The notes below the pieces were generated by a model. It ran no database searches, was not told the origin of the DNA, and saw only the letters and a program-made list of their open reading frames with translations. The position numbers and the translations under genes are program-made. A stretch of 64,000 nt of DNA, from NCBI GenBank assembly GCA_964438075.1, contig CAYTIW010000007.1:1-64000 (forward strand), given 5' to 3'. This stretch comes from an uncultured Planctomycetales bacterium (GTDB lineage: Bacteria > Omnitrophota > Gorgyraeia > Zapsychrales > Fredricksoniimonadaceae). This document shows, piece by piece, positions 30,279 through 40,184 of this stretch (the first letter of the stretch is position 1; each line of letters opens with the position of its first letter).

Positions 30279-31688
30279 ATGGACATGAGTTTTATGATTA
30301 TAGCGATCGTGATCTTTGTCACGTTTTTGTTTTCGCTCTTCATCTTTCTGGCGTCCTGTTACAAACGCTGCCCTTCGAACAAAATACTGGCTATCTACGG
30401 TAAGGTCGGCGAAGGCCAGTCGGTGCGCTGCACTCATGGCGGCGGCGCTTTTGTCTTACCTCTGATACAGGACTCCAAGTTCCTGGACCTGACCCCCATG
30501 ACGATCAATATCCCGCTTAAGGGAGCCTTGTCTTCGCAGAACATCCGCATCAACGTGCCGAGCACGTTCACTATCGCTATTGACACATCCAAGGAGGCCA
30601 TGGTCAATGCCGCAGTGCGTTTGCTGGGGTTGGTGAAGGACGACATCGAGAACATGGCCACGGAGATAATCTTCGGACAGTTGCGTCTGACCGTGGCGTC
30701 GCTCAATATCGAGGACATCAACCAGGACCGCGAGAAGTTCCTGCTGGCCATCCGCAACAATATCGAACCGGAGCTGCGCAAGATAGGGCTGACTTTGATC
30801 AACGTCAATATTACGGACATCACCGACGAGTCCGGTTACATAGAGAGCATCGGCAAGAAGGCCGCTTCCACGGCGGTCAACCAGGCCAAGATCGACGTGG
30901 CTGAGCAGACCAAGAAGGGTGAGGTGGGTTCGGCGGCGGCGGAACGCGACCGCAGGATACAGGTAGCCCAGCTCAACTCCGAGGCCGTGGAAGGTGAGAA
31001 CACAGCCAAAGCCAAGATCGCGTCCTATAACGCCGATCTGGCCGAGAAACAAGCTGCGGCCGACCAGCGCGGACAGGTCGCGCAGCAACAGGCCTTTGCC
31101 GAGATCCAGAAAGCCAAAGCCTTGGCCGAGACCAAGCGCCTGGAGGCCGAACAGGTCGTGGTCAAAGAGATCGATAAGCGCAAGATCGAGATCGATGCCG
31201 ACGCCGCGGCCGAAAAGAACCGCCGCGAAGCGCGCGGACAGGCGGACGCTATCATAGCGGTCAAGACCGCCGAGGCTACCGGTATACAAAAGGTCCTGGA
31301 TGCCAAGGCCCAGGGGTACCGCAGCCTGGTCGAATCCTGCGGGGCAAGTTCCCGCGATGCGGCTACAATGTTGATAGTCGAGAAATTGGAGGAGATCGTC
31401 AAGATGCAGGCCGAGGCCATACGTAACATCAAGATCGAGAAGGTCACGGTCTGGGACGCCGGCAATACAGAAAAGGGTAGTTCTACAGCCAATTTTCTGA
31501 GCAGCATGGTGAAATCCCTGCCGGCCCTGCACGACATAGCTTCGATGGCGGGGGTAGACCTGCCGAAGTACCTGGGCCAGGTAAAGCAGCCCAAACAGGA
31601 TGGGGCAGCGGGACCGGAGGGTGAACCTCTTCCAGAGAAGCCCAGCAAGGTCAAGATGCATCAGGAAAAGCCGGGAGATGTTAAATAG
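30279..31688 (+). CDS. Flotillin-like SPFH/band-7 protein
   Basis: N-terminal TM helix, an SPFH domain, and a long A/E/K/Q-rich coiled-coil flotillin region (AEQ.../KAKA repeats). 469 aa. Confidence 0.75.
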   Translation: MDMSFMIIAIVIFVTFLFSLFIFLASCYKRCPSNKILAIYGKVGEGQSVRCTHGGGAFVLPLIQDSKFLDLTPMTINIPLKGALSSQNIRINVPSTFTIAIDTSKEAMVNAAVRLLGLVKDDIENMATEIIFGQLRLTVASLNIEDINQDREKFLLAIRNNIEPELRKIGLTLINVNITDITDESGYIESIGKKAASTAVNQAKIDVAEQTKKGEVGSAAAERDRRIQVAQLNSEAVEGENTAKAKIASYNADLAEKQAAADQRGQVAQQQAFAEIQKAKALAETKRLEAEQVVVKEIDKRKIEIDADAAAEKNRREARGQADAIIAVKTAEATGIQKVLDAKAQGYRSLVESCGASSRDAATMLIVEKLEEIVKMQAEAIRNIKIEKVTVWDAGNTEKGSSTANFLSSMVKSLPALHDIASMAGVDLPKYLGQVKQPKQDGAAGPEGEPLPEKPSKVKMHQEKPGDVK

Positions 31689-31713
31689 TCTGGTAGCGCT
31701 TTTCAAGCTATAA

Positions 31714-31747
31714 AAGTCCCGGGCGGTCACGTCCGGGACTTTTTTTA
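31714..31747 (+). terminator. Rho-independent terminator after the flotillin gene
   Basis: AGTCCCGG-gcggtcacgt-CCGGGACT followed by TTTTTTT. Confidence 0.7.
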
Positions 31748-31951
31748 TACTGGGCAGAGGTATCTTTGGAAGATACCAGTGATTTGTCGTTCATTGAATA
31801 GCGGGGGTTAATTGAAAATCCATTCATGTTATTGACAAGTTGGGAAGAAAGATTATGCTCTTTAATACGGTACGGTATAGTATCGCGAAGTTTTTATTGA
31901 AGAAGTGTCATTTTACTTATTAAATTATTATCAGTTGAAACGGAGGTAGTT

Positions 31952-32191
31952 ATGCCCAGCACCAAGAATGAAGCTTTATTGAGCAACGCAAAGGTCCAGG
32001 AAGAGATATCCAAACACCGGTGGATAGAGAGCGAGAAGGCTGGTTCGGACATCGGTTTTGACAGAGCAGCTAAGGACTGGCTTAACCGTTTTTCAGATGA
32101 TTGGATAAAGGCCAATTTGTCGCAGCATAGCACGGTGACCCGTAGTCTTTTCAAGGCCGCTAACAACAAAACCAGGGCCAAACGGGGGTAG
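31952..32191 (+). CDS. Small conserved protein, paralog A (79 aa), family not recognised
   Basis: GGAGG RBS. Core VQEEISKHRWIESEKAG.DIGFD.A.KDWL.R.S..W.KANLS shared with the paralog at 33229. Confidence 0.6.
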   Translation: MPSTKNEALLSNAKVQEEISKHRWIESEKAGSDIGFDRAAKDWLNRFSDDWIKANLSQHSTVTRSLFKAANNKTRAKRG

Positions 32192-32397
32192 TGGCCGCCG
32201 GTGGATGGGGTTGGGTAAGTAGTTTGTTGCCTTTGCAGGTAAAGGGTAAGCTATACGTCCTGATTTAAAAGGAGGCTTATCTTAATTTTTTTGCTAACAA
32301 CGTTGCCTGGGATTGCAGGTCCGATCTGTGCAAGTTCGCGGATGAGACGTGAGTTAGGTGTGTTTATTTCTCCATATGTATTATTCAGGGGGAACCG

Positions 32398-32946
32398 ATG
32401 GGCCCGATAAGGAAAAAGTTATTTTCCATCTTGGGTGTGATCGCCTTCACAGTGGGGCTGTGTCAGGCAGATGAATTGCTCATCGACGGCGGAAGGAAAA
32501 TAACCGGCAGGATCACGAATATCGAGAACAATGAAGTGACGCTTGATACGGGCACCAATGAACTAGTGATCGATACCAAGATAATCAAGGCTATCAGCAC
32601 GGACTCTTCGGATGCCGACCTCTTGACAAAAGTGGCAGAATTGCAGAACAAAATAAATACCGCCAGTGAGATAGAGAAGGCCAAGATGGAGGCACAAAAG
32701 GAGAAGTTGACCGGCAAGAAAGTTGACCTTTATATTCGAACGAACTGCTCTTTGTGCGACGATATGGAGAATTTTCTGAACAAGAACGGCATCAAACATA
32801 TCCGATTTGATATTGAGCAGGATGTCAGGGCCAAACGCCGCATGAACGCTAAGGGATGCCAGGGGCTGCCTTGCGTTATCATCAATAACAGCCGAGTTGT
32901 TTCAGGGTATGACCCCAATTCAGTGATCGACATATTGCTGGAGTAG
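32398..32946 (+). CDS. Secreted glutaredoxin/thioredoxin-fold protein
   Basis: Signal peptide. C-terminal VDLYIRTNCSLCDDMENFLNKNGI...GLPCVII matches a Grx-like CxxC fold. Confidence 0.5.
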   Translation: MGPIRKKLFSILGVIAFTVGLCQADELLIDGGRKITGRITNIENNEVTLDTGTNELVIDTKIIKAISTDSSDADLLTKVAELQNKINTASEIEKAKMEAQKEKLTGKKVDLYIRTNCSLCDDMENFLNKNGIKHIRFDIEQDVRAKRRMNAKGCQGLPCVIINNSRVVSGYDPNSVIDILLE

Positions 32947-33228
32947 TGTCGCTGGGATCATTGGATCAGGTATCGATCCCGGACAGGGCGTTCATCCTGT
33001 CGATAACAGCAAGAGAAATATCATAGTGCTGCCGGTCTCCCCAGCCCCAGCCGTTAGGCTCGCCGTTAATTAGTACTGACTTGACCTGCACCTTTAGAGA
33101 TATTAATTTGAGCCATTGACATGCATTGAGAAGAGAGTAAGCTCTTAAATATGGAGAAATTTTAGATAGCGGAGAATCGTTCGCAATTATATTTTACCTA
33201 ATTATCAACGAACAAATACGGAGGAGTT

Positions 33229-33471
33229 ATGGGCAGCTTAAAGAATGAATTCTTATTGTCCGACAACAGGGTCCAGGAGGAGATCTCCAAGCACCGGTGG
33301 ATAGAAAGTGAGAAGGCCGGGGCCGATATCGGTTTCGATAACGCATCCAAGGATTGGCTTACTCGATATTCAGAGGGATGGATGAAGGCCAATCTTTCAC
33401 GACAAGCCACATCTGCCTGCGGTGCCCCCAAGGGTAATGGCAAAACCAGGGCCAGGCGCATCAAGTCCTGA
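33229..33471 (+). CDS. Small conserved protein, paralog B (80 aa)
   Basis: GGAGG RBS. About 60% identical to paralog A over the first 60 aa. Distinct basic C-terminal tail. Confidence 0.6.
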   Translation: MGSLKNEFLLSDNRVQEEISKHRWIESEKAGADIGFDNASKDWLTRYSEGWMKANLSRQATSACGAPKGNGKTRARRIKS

Positions 33472-33628
33472 AAGTTGCTCTCTGAGGTCATGGGCAGGAT
33501 GTTCATCTGTTCGCTGGAAAGTAAAAAGAGAGTTTAATGGCAACTGTTTAGACCTGGTCTGGCCTTTATAGTTCTGTTGAGCTCTATCTTTCCCGAGTCG
33601 GTCTTTTCGAATTTCACGGGGATCTTCC

Positions 33629-33940
33629 ATGTCTGAGAAATTCGTGAGCGCGCCGCTAAGACCGGTAACGGCGACCATGGATACGTCCGCCATGTCCATA
33701 GGAGGCCCAGGCTTGCCAAAGGAATTCGTATGGCGGGGGCAGATCATAGCCGTGGTCTCACTACTGCGCTCTTGGCGCGAGACCGGTGCCTGCCGCCATG
33801 GTAGCGGCGAGAGCTACGTTCGTAAGCATTGGTTCGAAGTCGTTACCTCCAGCCACGGTAAATTAAAGATATATTTCGAACGGCAGACACGCCGGTCAGG
33901 TCAGGCGACGTGGTGGCTGTATAGCATGTCAGACGGGTAA
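33629..33940 (+). CDS. Hypothetical protein
   Basis: ORF only. Weak RBS. Confidence 0.3.
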   Translation: MSEKFVSAPLRPVTATMDTSAMSIGGPGLPKEFVWRGQIIAVVSLLRSWRETGACRHGSGESYVRKHWFEVVTSSHGKLKIYFERQTRRSGQATWWLYSMSDG

Positions 33941-34044
33941 TGGCTGTCATTGATCAGGTGATGTCCTATTCATCAAAGGGAAGAGACTGGATATTACTAT
34001 TCAGGTCTTAAACCTTTATTCACACTTTACAAAAGGAGGTTTTA

Positions 34045-34236
34045 ATGGGGCACATCTCCAAACTTTTTATCGATAACAGTATGCGCTTTTCCAATCCCGA
34101 CGGCACCCCGGAAGACGTTGAGAAGTTCAATCTTTACACGGGATTGGCGCAGATGGCTGAGGCTATCGAAGGCCTTGAGCTCAAGCTTAAACAGATCGAA
34201 TCCAAGTTGAATTATCTGCAGGCAAGCTTAGGATAG
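34045..34236 (+). CDS. Small hypothetical protein (63 aa), helical
   Basis: Perfect AAGGAGG RBS 7 nt upstream of the ATG. Confidence 0.5.
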   Translation: MGHISKLFIDNSMRFSNPDGTPEDVEKFNLYTGLAQMAEAIEGLELKLKQIESKLNYLQASLG

Positions 34237-34388
34237 TCTCGCCTACAGGACGGTACCGATGGCCGTCTCTTATTAACATTGTTGCCCGGGGCCGGCATCG
34301 GACCTTAAGAATGGGATGATACTGGAAGAAGTGTTTAAGATTTTTATTTTGAGGTCGTGCTCATGAGGGTGGAGGCAAGAAAGTCATA

Positions 34389-35441
34389 ATGAGTGAAAGC
34401 GATTATAATCTGACCTGTCCCGTCCCCTTGAACAGGCATAAGCGTATTTTGCTAGCTCACGGCAGTGGCGGCGCCCTGACCCATGAGCTAATCGATAAAG
34501 TCTTTGCGCCTGCCTTTGACAATCCTTTTATACGCCAGCATCACGACGGGGCAGTAGCAGATCTCCCAGCCGGCAAACTGGCCATTACTACCGATTCCTA
34601 TGTGGTGCGGCCGCTTTTTTTCCCTGGGGGGGACATCGGCCGGCTGGCCGTATACGGCAGCGTGAACGATCTGGCCATGTGCGGTGCGCGACCTCTTTAC
34701 TTGAGCGTTGCCTTTATTCTCGAGGAAGGGTTCGAGATCGCACAATTGGTCCGCATTGTCGATTCCATGAAGAAAGCGGCGGATCAATGCGGAGTAAAGA
34801 TAATAACCGGTGACACCAAGGTAGTGGATAAAGGCAAAGGCGACGGGGTCTTTATTAACACTACCGGAGTGGGAGTTATCGGACACGGGTTGTCCATTAT
34901 TCCCGCGTCTATCCGCGAAGGCGATGCCATTATCTTGAGCGGGGACATCGGCCGGCACGGGGTGGCGGTCATGCTCGCGCGGGAGGGGTTATCCATGGAG
35001 AGCTCGGTCGAGAGCGACGCGGCGCCATTGGCAGACAGTGTGCTGGAACTTATCGAGCGCGGCATAAAAGTACATTGTTTGCGCGACCTGACACGGGGAG
35101 GGTTGGCCACCGCGTTGGTCGAGTTGGCCCAAGGCTCTGGATCGGAGTTGAGGGTTAGCGAACGCGATATCTCAGTATCGCCGCCGGTCCGTGGAGCATG
35201 CGAGGTCCTTGGACTGGACCCGCTTTATGTAGCTAACGAGGGCCGCTTTGTTTGTATAGCACCGGCCTCGGAGTCCGCGGCCGTGTTGGAGGTCTTGAAG
35301 AGGCGCCCCGGCGGGGATAATGCCGGCTGCATAGGGATAGTCGCCCGTGGTGACCGGCCGCAGGCCATACTGGAGAACGCCATTGGCACCTCCCGTGTCT
35401 TACATATGCTCCCGGGAGAACTGCTGCCAAGGATATGTTGA
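34389..35441 (+). CDS. hypE: [NiFe]-hydrogenase maturation factor HypE
   Basis: N-terminal ILLAHGSGG, an AIR-synthase-related fold, and the C-terminal PRIC motif diagnostic of HypE. Confidence 0.85.
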   Translation: MSESDYNLTCPVPLNRHKRILLAHGSGGALTHELIDKVFAPAFDNPFIRQHHDGAVADLPAGKLAITTDSYVVRPLFFPGGDIGRLAVYGSVNDLAMCGARPLYLSVAFILEEGFEIAQLVRIVDSMKKAADQCGVKIITGDTKVVDKGKGDGVFINTTGVGVIGHGLSIIPASIREGDAIILSGDIGRHGVAVMLAREGLSMESSVESDAAPLADSVLELIERGIKVHCLRDLTRGGLATALVELAQGSGSELRVSERDISVSPPVRGACEVLGLDPLYVANEGRFVCIAPASESAAVLEVLKRRPGGDNAGCIGIVARGDRPQAILENAIGTSRVLHMLPGELLPRIC

Positions 35442-35483
35442 CCCTGAAAGCCATAAAGGCGGGGCCCTAAAAGAGGAACTTTA

Positions 35484-36050
35484 ATGCCCAATTCTTTTTT
35501 GCGCCGGTTCCAGGTAGAACAACTTGAAGCGGACCTTGACCTGAGGCTGAGCGATGTGGTGGTCCAAGACACTTCGCTGACAGTGAGAGGCCGGGCGGGC
35601 GGGGTCAGGCTTATGTTCGCGGCTATCTTCATCCTTCCCGGTCTATGGTTGGGCTGGCAGGCGCTGTCGACACTGAATCCATTGATCTTGATAACGGCCT
35701 TGATACTTTGTCCGGTGCTTTTTGCCGTGGGGATCCTGTTTGGTTTCCTAACAGCGGGAAAATCTTTCGATATAACCCGACACGTGGCGACCAACTCGCT
35801 CAGGCTGTTCAACTTCAGGACCGAAAGAACGATAGATCTGCCGTCTAAAGGGACCGTGAAACTATGGAGTGAATGGCATATGGGCGGGGAGGGTCCCGGC
35901 TGCTGGTGGCATAACGTTGCCCTCGACGGTTGTAACGGTTTCAGTTTTACCATCTCGCGTGACTACACCCGGGCCCGGGTTTTTGCCGAACAACTAGCCC
36001 GGTCGCTGCGCTACGGGCTTACTGATGTCACTGAACCGCGCAGCCGATGA
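35484..36050 (+). CDS. Hypothetical membrane protein (2 TM)
   Basis: ORF with an AGAGGA RBS and two hydrophobic helices. Confidence 0.45.
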   Translation: MPNSFLRRFQVEQLEADLDLRLSDVVVQDTSLTVRGRAGGVRLMFAAIFILPGLWLGWQALSTLNPLILITALILCPVLFAVGILFGFLTAGKSFDITRHVATNSLRLFNFRTERTIDLPSKGTVKLWSEWHMGGEGPGCWWHNVALDGCNGFSFTISRDYTRARVFAEQLARSLRYGLTDVTEPRSR

Positions 36051-36119
36051 AAAGGTGTTTCTAGTAGTCTGTTTGCGTCTTTTTAATTGATGGATTATTC
36101 ATAGGGAAGGTTTCCCCCC

Positions 36120-36785
36120 ATGAGCGACGGCGCATTGATCGGTTTTATCCTGTTCTTGGCGTTCGGCAGCGCCATAGCCGCTTTCTTCTCAAAGATGGGA
36201 CAGAAGGTCAAACTTGGACTGCGCCTGGGCCCCACCATGACGGTCAAGGACGGTTCCGGGCGATCGTTCGCTATATCCAACGCTGCCGCCACTCTGAACA
36301 CGGCCGTGGTCAGGCGGGTCATGGAGCGCCTGAAACGTAACCCGCTGCCTGCCCATTCACTGGATCTCGGCGGGCTTAAGGAGAAGGAAAAAGGATTGTT
36401 AGACTCGGTCCCCAGTCGATCGCAGGCTCTTTTTGCCATAAATACCTTCCGGGCGCATGCCAGGGGCTATTTTGATTATCTGACCAACGATAAAGATCTC
36501 CTTGACCGTCCTGGAGAGGCCACGGCCCCGTTGGAACAATTCAGTGATTTTGTACAGGAGTTCATCAAGACCCAGGTACAGGAAAAGATCCCTAACCATG
36601 CTGCCCAGTTGGATGCTTTTTATGCTGGCTTTACACCTGACGAAGGGGAATTCATAATCGCATGGGCTGACCGTATCGTTTTGACCAGTAACCGCTTAGT
36701 ACTGCTGACTGAAGGTGGACAGCCAAAGATAATCGCTGACATACCGATCGTCCGGGTGCTTTCCTATGAAGCAAGTGACGGATAG
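36120..36785 (+). CDS. Hypothetical protein with N-terminal TM anchor
   Basis: ORF with an RBS and an N-terminal hydrophobic helix. Confidence 0.45.
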   Translation: MSDGALIGFILFLAFGSAIAAFFSKMGQKVKLGLRLGPTMTVKDGSGRSFAISNAAATLNTAVVRRVMERLKRNPLPAHSLDLGGLKEKEKGLLDSVPSRSQALFAINTFRAHARGYFDYLTNDKDLLDRPGEATAPLEQFSDFVQEFIKTQVQEKIPNHAAQLDAFYAGFTPDEGEFIIAWADRIVLTSNRLVLLTEGGQPKIIADIPIVRVLSYEASDG

Positions 36786-36940
36786 CGCCTTCCGCAACTC
36801 GCCTTAACAAAGTTCAAAAACCTCTTAATTCCGCACCGATTTGGTCTATCATATAAAATCGAAGTTTAGATATCCGGTAATGTTTTTGAGCGCGGGGCGA
36901 CCTTGGCACTGTCTGCCGCTATGGAGGGCAGAAGGGATCT

Positions 36941-38050
36941 ATGATGAAAATTTCTCGCTTTATGTTCAATGTTATCGTTTTGCTGCTCTTTTTCACCTTG
37001 CCTTCCATGGCAGGCGAGCCGCCTTCACGAGGAATGTTCGTAACTGTGATCCAGGACCCACCGGTATTATACAGCCGAGAGAACATTGACAAGCTTATAA
37101 CTTACGCGAAGGAAGCCCGCGTCAAGATACTTTTCGTGCAGGTATACCGGGCCAATATGGCCTGGTTCAAGTCTGGATTCGGGGACACGACACCTTACAG
37201 AATAGCGCTCAAGAATGTCGGGGAAGACCCCTTTGCCCTGCTTATCCGCAAAGCACATCAGGCGGGTATCGAAGTGCACGCCTGGGTCAACATGTTAAGC
37301 CTGGGGGAGAATCATAAGGCCCCCTTCATCAAGAAATATGGTCCCGGCATATTGACCCGCAACCGGCAGCCCAAGAAGAACCTGGAAGAATACAAGATCG
37401 ATAAGCAATATTTCCTGGAACCAGGCGACCCTCGCGTAAGAGATGAGCTGGTCAAGCTGGTGGAAGAGATCGTGGGCGCTTATCCGGAACTGGACGGGAT
37501 CCAGTTCGATTATATCCGGTATCCCGATACCAAGCCCAACTACGGCCATTCCGAGATCAATGTCGCCCGGTTCAGGAAAGCGACCGGTCTGGTTGGCTTT
37601 TCCGACAAGAACAAGGCCTGGCAGGATTGGAAACGCCGACAGGTCACTTACCTTCTGGGGCAATTGGTGAAAAAGGCCCGGTCCCTGCGCCCGGACATAC
37701 AGGTATCGGCCACAGGGTGCATGCCTTATCTGCGGGCTTATTATGAGGCTTACCAGGACTGGCCATCATGGGTCAATGATGGTACCGTGGACTTCGTGAC
37801 CCTGATGAATTATTCTACGGATGTCAAGGAATATGACCGGTGGATCGTTAATGCCAAGGCCAGGGTAAAGGATTTCAGTAAGATCAATATCGGCCTTGGT
37901 TCCTATAAGTCATCCGGTTCCCGGGATACCTTTGCCAAGGAATACCGGATTTGCGAGAAGTCCGGAGCCGGGTCCTGCGTAGTCTTCCATTACGGCAGCC
38001 TGCTTAAGGATCCCCTTTGCAGCGACTATCTGCTCAGCAGCAATAAATAG
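36941..38050 (+). CDS. Secreted TIM-barrel glycoside hydrolase-like protein (GHL10/DUF187, YngK-like)
   Basis: Signal peptide. Motifs KILFVQVYRANMAWFKS and HQAGIEVHAWVNML are characteristic of the GHL10 family. Confidence 0.5.
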   Translation: MMKISRFMFNVIVLLLFFTLPSMAGEPPSRGMFVTVIQDPPVLYSRENIDKLITYAKEARVKILFVQVYRANMAWFKSGFGDTTPYRIALKNVGEDPFALLIRKAHQAGIEVHAWVNMLSLGENHKAPFIKKYGPGILTRNRQPKKNLEEYKIDKQYFLEPGDPRVRDELVKLVEEIVGAYPELDGIQFDYIRYPDTKPNYGHSEINVARFRKATGLVGFSDKNKAWQDWKRRQVTYLLGQLVKKARSLRPDIQVSATGCMPYLRAYYEAYQDWPSWVNDGTVDFVTLMNYSTDVKEYDRWIVNAKARVKDFSKINIGLGSYKSSGSRDTFAKEYRICEKSGAGSCVVFHYGSLLKDPLCSDYLLSSNK

Positions 38051-38084
38051 CTACCAGTTCGATCCTATCTAGAGGAGGCGCCCC

Positions 38085-38660
38085 ATGCCGAAAAAGATAC
38101 TTCTCCTTTCAGGAAGTCCGCAAAAGAACGGCAACACAGTCACGCTCTTGAACTGGTTCATGGACGGGGCCCGGGAAAAAGGCGCCGAGATGGAGCTGGT
38201 CCATGCCGCCTTCCTGAAATATAAGACCCCTGGATGCACCTCCTGCCGTCAGTGCCAGCAGTCCAAGCTATATGAATGCGTTATCCAAGATGGGGCGCGC
38301 CCTGTGCTAGCGATGATGGCTGGTGTGGATGTGATCGTCATGGCCACGCCGCTCTACTTTTTTGGCCCCAGTGCCCAGCTCAAGGCGGTCTTTGACCGTA
38401 TGTTCTCGCTTTATAAATGGGACAATGCCGCCGGGACGATGCAGACCCCGCTCAAGGGAAAGACCCTGGTGGTTCTGGCCAGCGCTTTTGAAGATGTGGG
38501 ACTGGACGCTCTCGAGAAGCCCTTCGCCCTTACTGCCAGCTATACCGGTATGAATTTCCGTTCCCTTTTGATACCCAATGCGGGTGTATCGGGGGACATT
38601 ATTAAACAGCCCGGCATCCGCGAAAAAGCTGTCAGCCTGGGAAGGGAAGTGGCAGGTTGA
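38085..38660 (+). CDS. Flavodoxin-like NAD(P)H-dependent FMN reductase / iron-sulfur flavoprotein family
   Basis: N-terminal ILLLSGSPQKNGNT and a flavodoxin-like fold. Cys cluster CTSCRQC. GAGGAGG RBS. Confidence 0.6.
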   Translation: MPKKILLLSGSPQKNGNTVTLLNWFMDGAREKGAEMELVHAAFLKYKTPGCTSCRQCQQSKLYECVIQDGARPVLAMMAGVDVIVMATPLYFFGPSAQLKAVFDRMFSLYKWDNAAGTMQTPLKGKTLVVLASAFEDVGLDALEKPFALTASYTGMNFRSLLIPNAGVSGDIIKQPGIREKAVSLGREVAG

Positions 38661-38693
38661 GTACGTGATAGGTTGATGGACTAGCAAGCCCGG

Positions 38694-40184
38694 TCATAGG
38701 TCCGGACCCGTCAAAGAAGGCTTCGGGGCGCATTCTCGACCCTTACTACTGTGGGTGATCTTTTTCCAGAAATAATCCAGAAAAGCGCCCAGGCCGTAGA
38801 GCTTACGCAGCAGATCGCCCAGCGAGCGTATGGAGATCAGCATCCGCCACATCTGGACAGGCCGAAGGTAAAATTCTTTCAAGCCAACATCTATCAGAGC
38901 ATCGATCTCCTTATTTGAAAGCTGCGGATAGGACAGAAGCGTTTTCTGTTCACCCTCGGCCGTCAGCCAGTCGGTCCAGTCCTTGCCCAGCAGGTAGCCG
39001 TTATCCCGCGCCCATTTATAGAGCTGCGTTCCCGGATAGGTGGCAATTCCGGTTATCTGCATGGTGTCCAGAGGAAGCGACTTGGCATAATCGATAGTAG
39101 ATCGAGCGCTGGCCCGGGTTTCGCCGGGTGCTCCTATCATGAAACAGCCGTGAATGGTGAATCCCAGTTCGTGTGCCCGCTTGGTGAATCGGCGCCCCAT
39201 CTCGACGTTCACACCGCCTTTACGCACCGCCCTCAGCGCTTCGTCGGTACCGAATTCATACCCGACCATCAGCATGCGGCAGTTGGCCTCTTTCATCAAA
39301 GGTAAGAGATCGAGGTCGGTATTGATGCGCATGTTGCAGGACCAGGAGATGCGTTTGTGCAGTCCCCGCCGCATGATCTCCCGGCAGACGCCGCGGACAT
39401 GCTCGGGATCGGCCGCGAAGGTGTCGGTCTCGAACATGATCTCGCGCAGTTGGGGGAAAAGCCGGAGGTCGTATTCCATTTCGTCAGCTACCAGCTCCGG
39501 TCGCCTGATCCGCAGCCGGTAACCATACATAAGCTGGGGATCGCGGCAGAAGGTGCAGGCGTTGTTGCAGCCGCGTCCGGTGAAGAGAGTAAGGAAAGGG
39601 TATTTCTTGCCGGCATCCGGGTACCATTCCGGCTTTATCATATGCCAGGCCGGGAAGGGCAGATGGTTCACGTCCAGCGGCGGACGGTCGGGGTTGGCCC
39701 TGACCTCGCCGTCGCCATCCTGCCAGGTAAGACCGGAGATCTCGTTGAGCGGTCTGCCTGAGGCCAGGTCCCGGAGGGTGTAGTCGTACTCCCCGCGAAG
39801 GATATAGTCGACTGCGCCGTTAGCGATCTCGAAAGTGTTCAGCGGTTCGGCCGTGACATGCTGTCCCACGAAGGCCACTTTACATCCGGTCTGGCCCTTT
39901 ATCAGGCGGGACTGGTCGATATCGTTGTAGATCGAAGGGGTAGTGGCGTGGACAAGGAGCAAGTCCGGATGGAAGTCGCGGACCATCCGGGCGCTGGTCT
40001 CGGGGGAAAGATTCCTGGCAGCCGCTTCGACAAAAACCACCTCGTGGCCGGCGTCGAGCAGCACCTGGGCGGCAGTCAGCAGATAATCCGGATGGCGCTG
40101 GACGCGGCCTCGGGATTTCGCCGACCAGCGGGCCACCCTTACGAAATTCTCACCGAAAGAAGGGTTTAATATACAGATATTCAT
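38694..40184 (-). CDS. B12-binding radical SAM enzyme (class B)
   Basis: N-terminal cobalamin-binding-like domain, then the radical SAM motif GRGCNNACTFC. Overlaps the upstream GT-C-like gene (ATGA). Confidence 0.8.
   Translation of the reverse strand: MNICILNPSFGENFVRVARWSAKSRGRVQRHPDYLLTAAQVLLDAGHEVVFVEAAARNLSPETSARMVRDFHPDLLLVHATTPSIYNDIDQSRLIKGQTGCKVAFVGQHVTAEPLNTFEIANGAVDYILRGEYDYTLRDLASGRPLNEISGLTWQDGDGEVRANPDRPPLDVNHLPFPAWHMIKPEWYPDAGKKYPFLTLFTGRGCNNACTFCRDPQLMYGYRLRIRRPELVADEMEYDLRLFPQLREIMFETDTFAADPEHVRGVCREIMRRGLHKRISWSCNMRINTDLDLLPLMKEANCRMLMVGYEFGTDEALRAVRKGGVNVEMGRRFTKRAHELGFTIHGCFMIGAPGETRASARSTIDYAKSLPLDTMQITGIATYPGTQLYKWARDNGYLLGKDWTDWLTAEGEQKTLLSYPQLSNKEIDALIDVGLKEFYLRPVQMWRMLISIRSLGDLLRKLYGLGAFLDYFWKKITHSSKGRECAPKPSLTGPDL

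Noticed and set aside
31894-33506. Two mutually similar minus-strand ORFs (95 and 102 aa) overlapping the small paralog genes
   Set aside because: Their similarity is a by-product of the + strand paralogs. The + ORFs carry GGAGG RBSs at the correct spacing and the minus ones do not.
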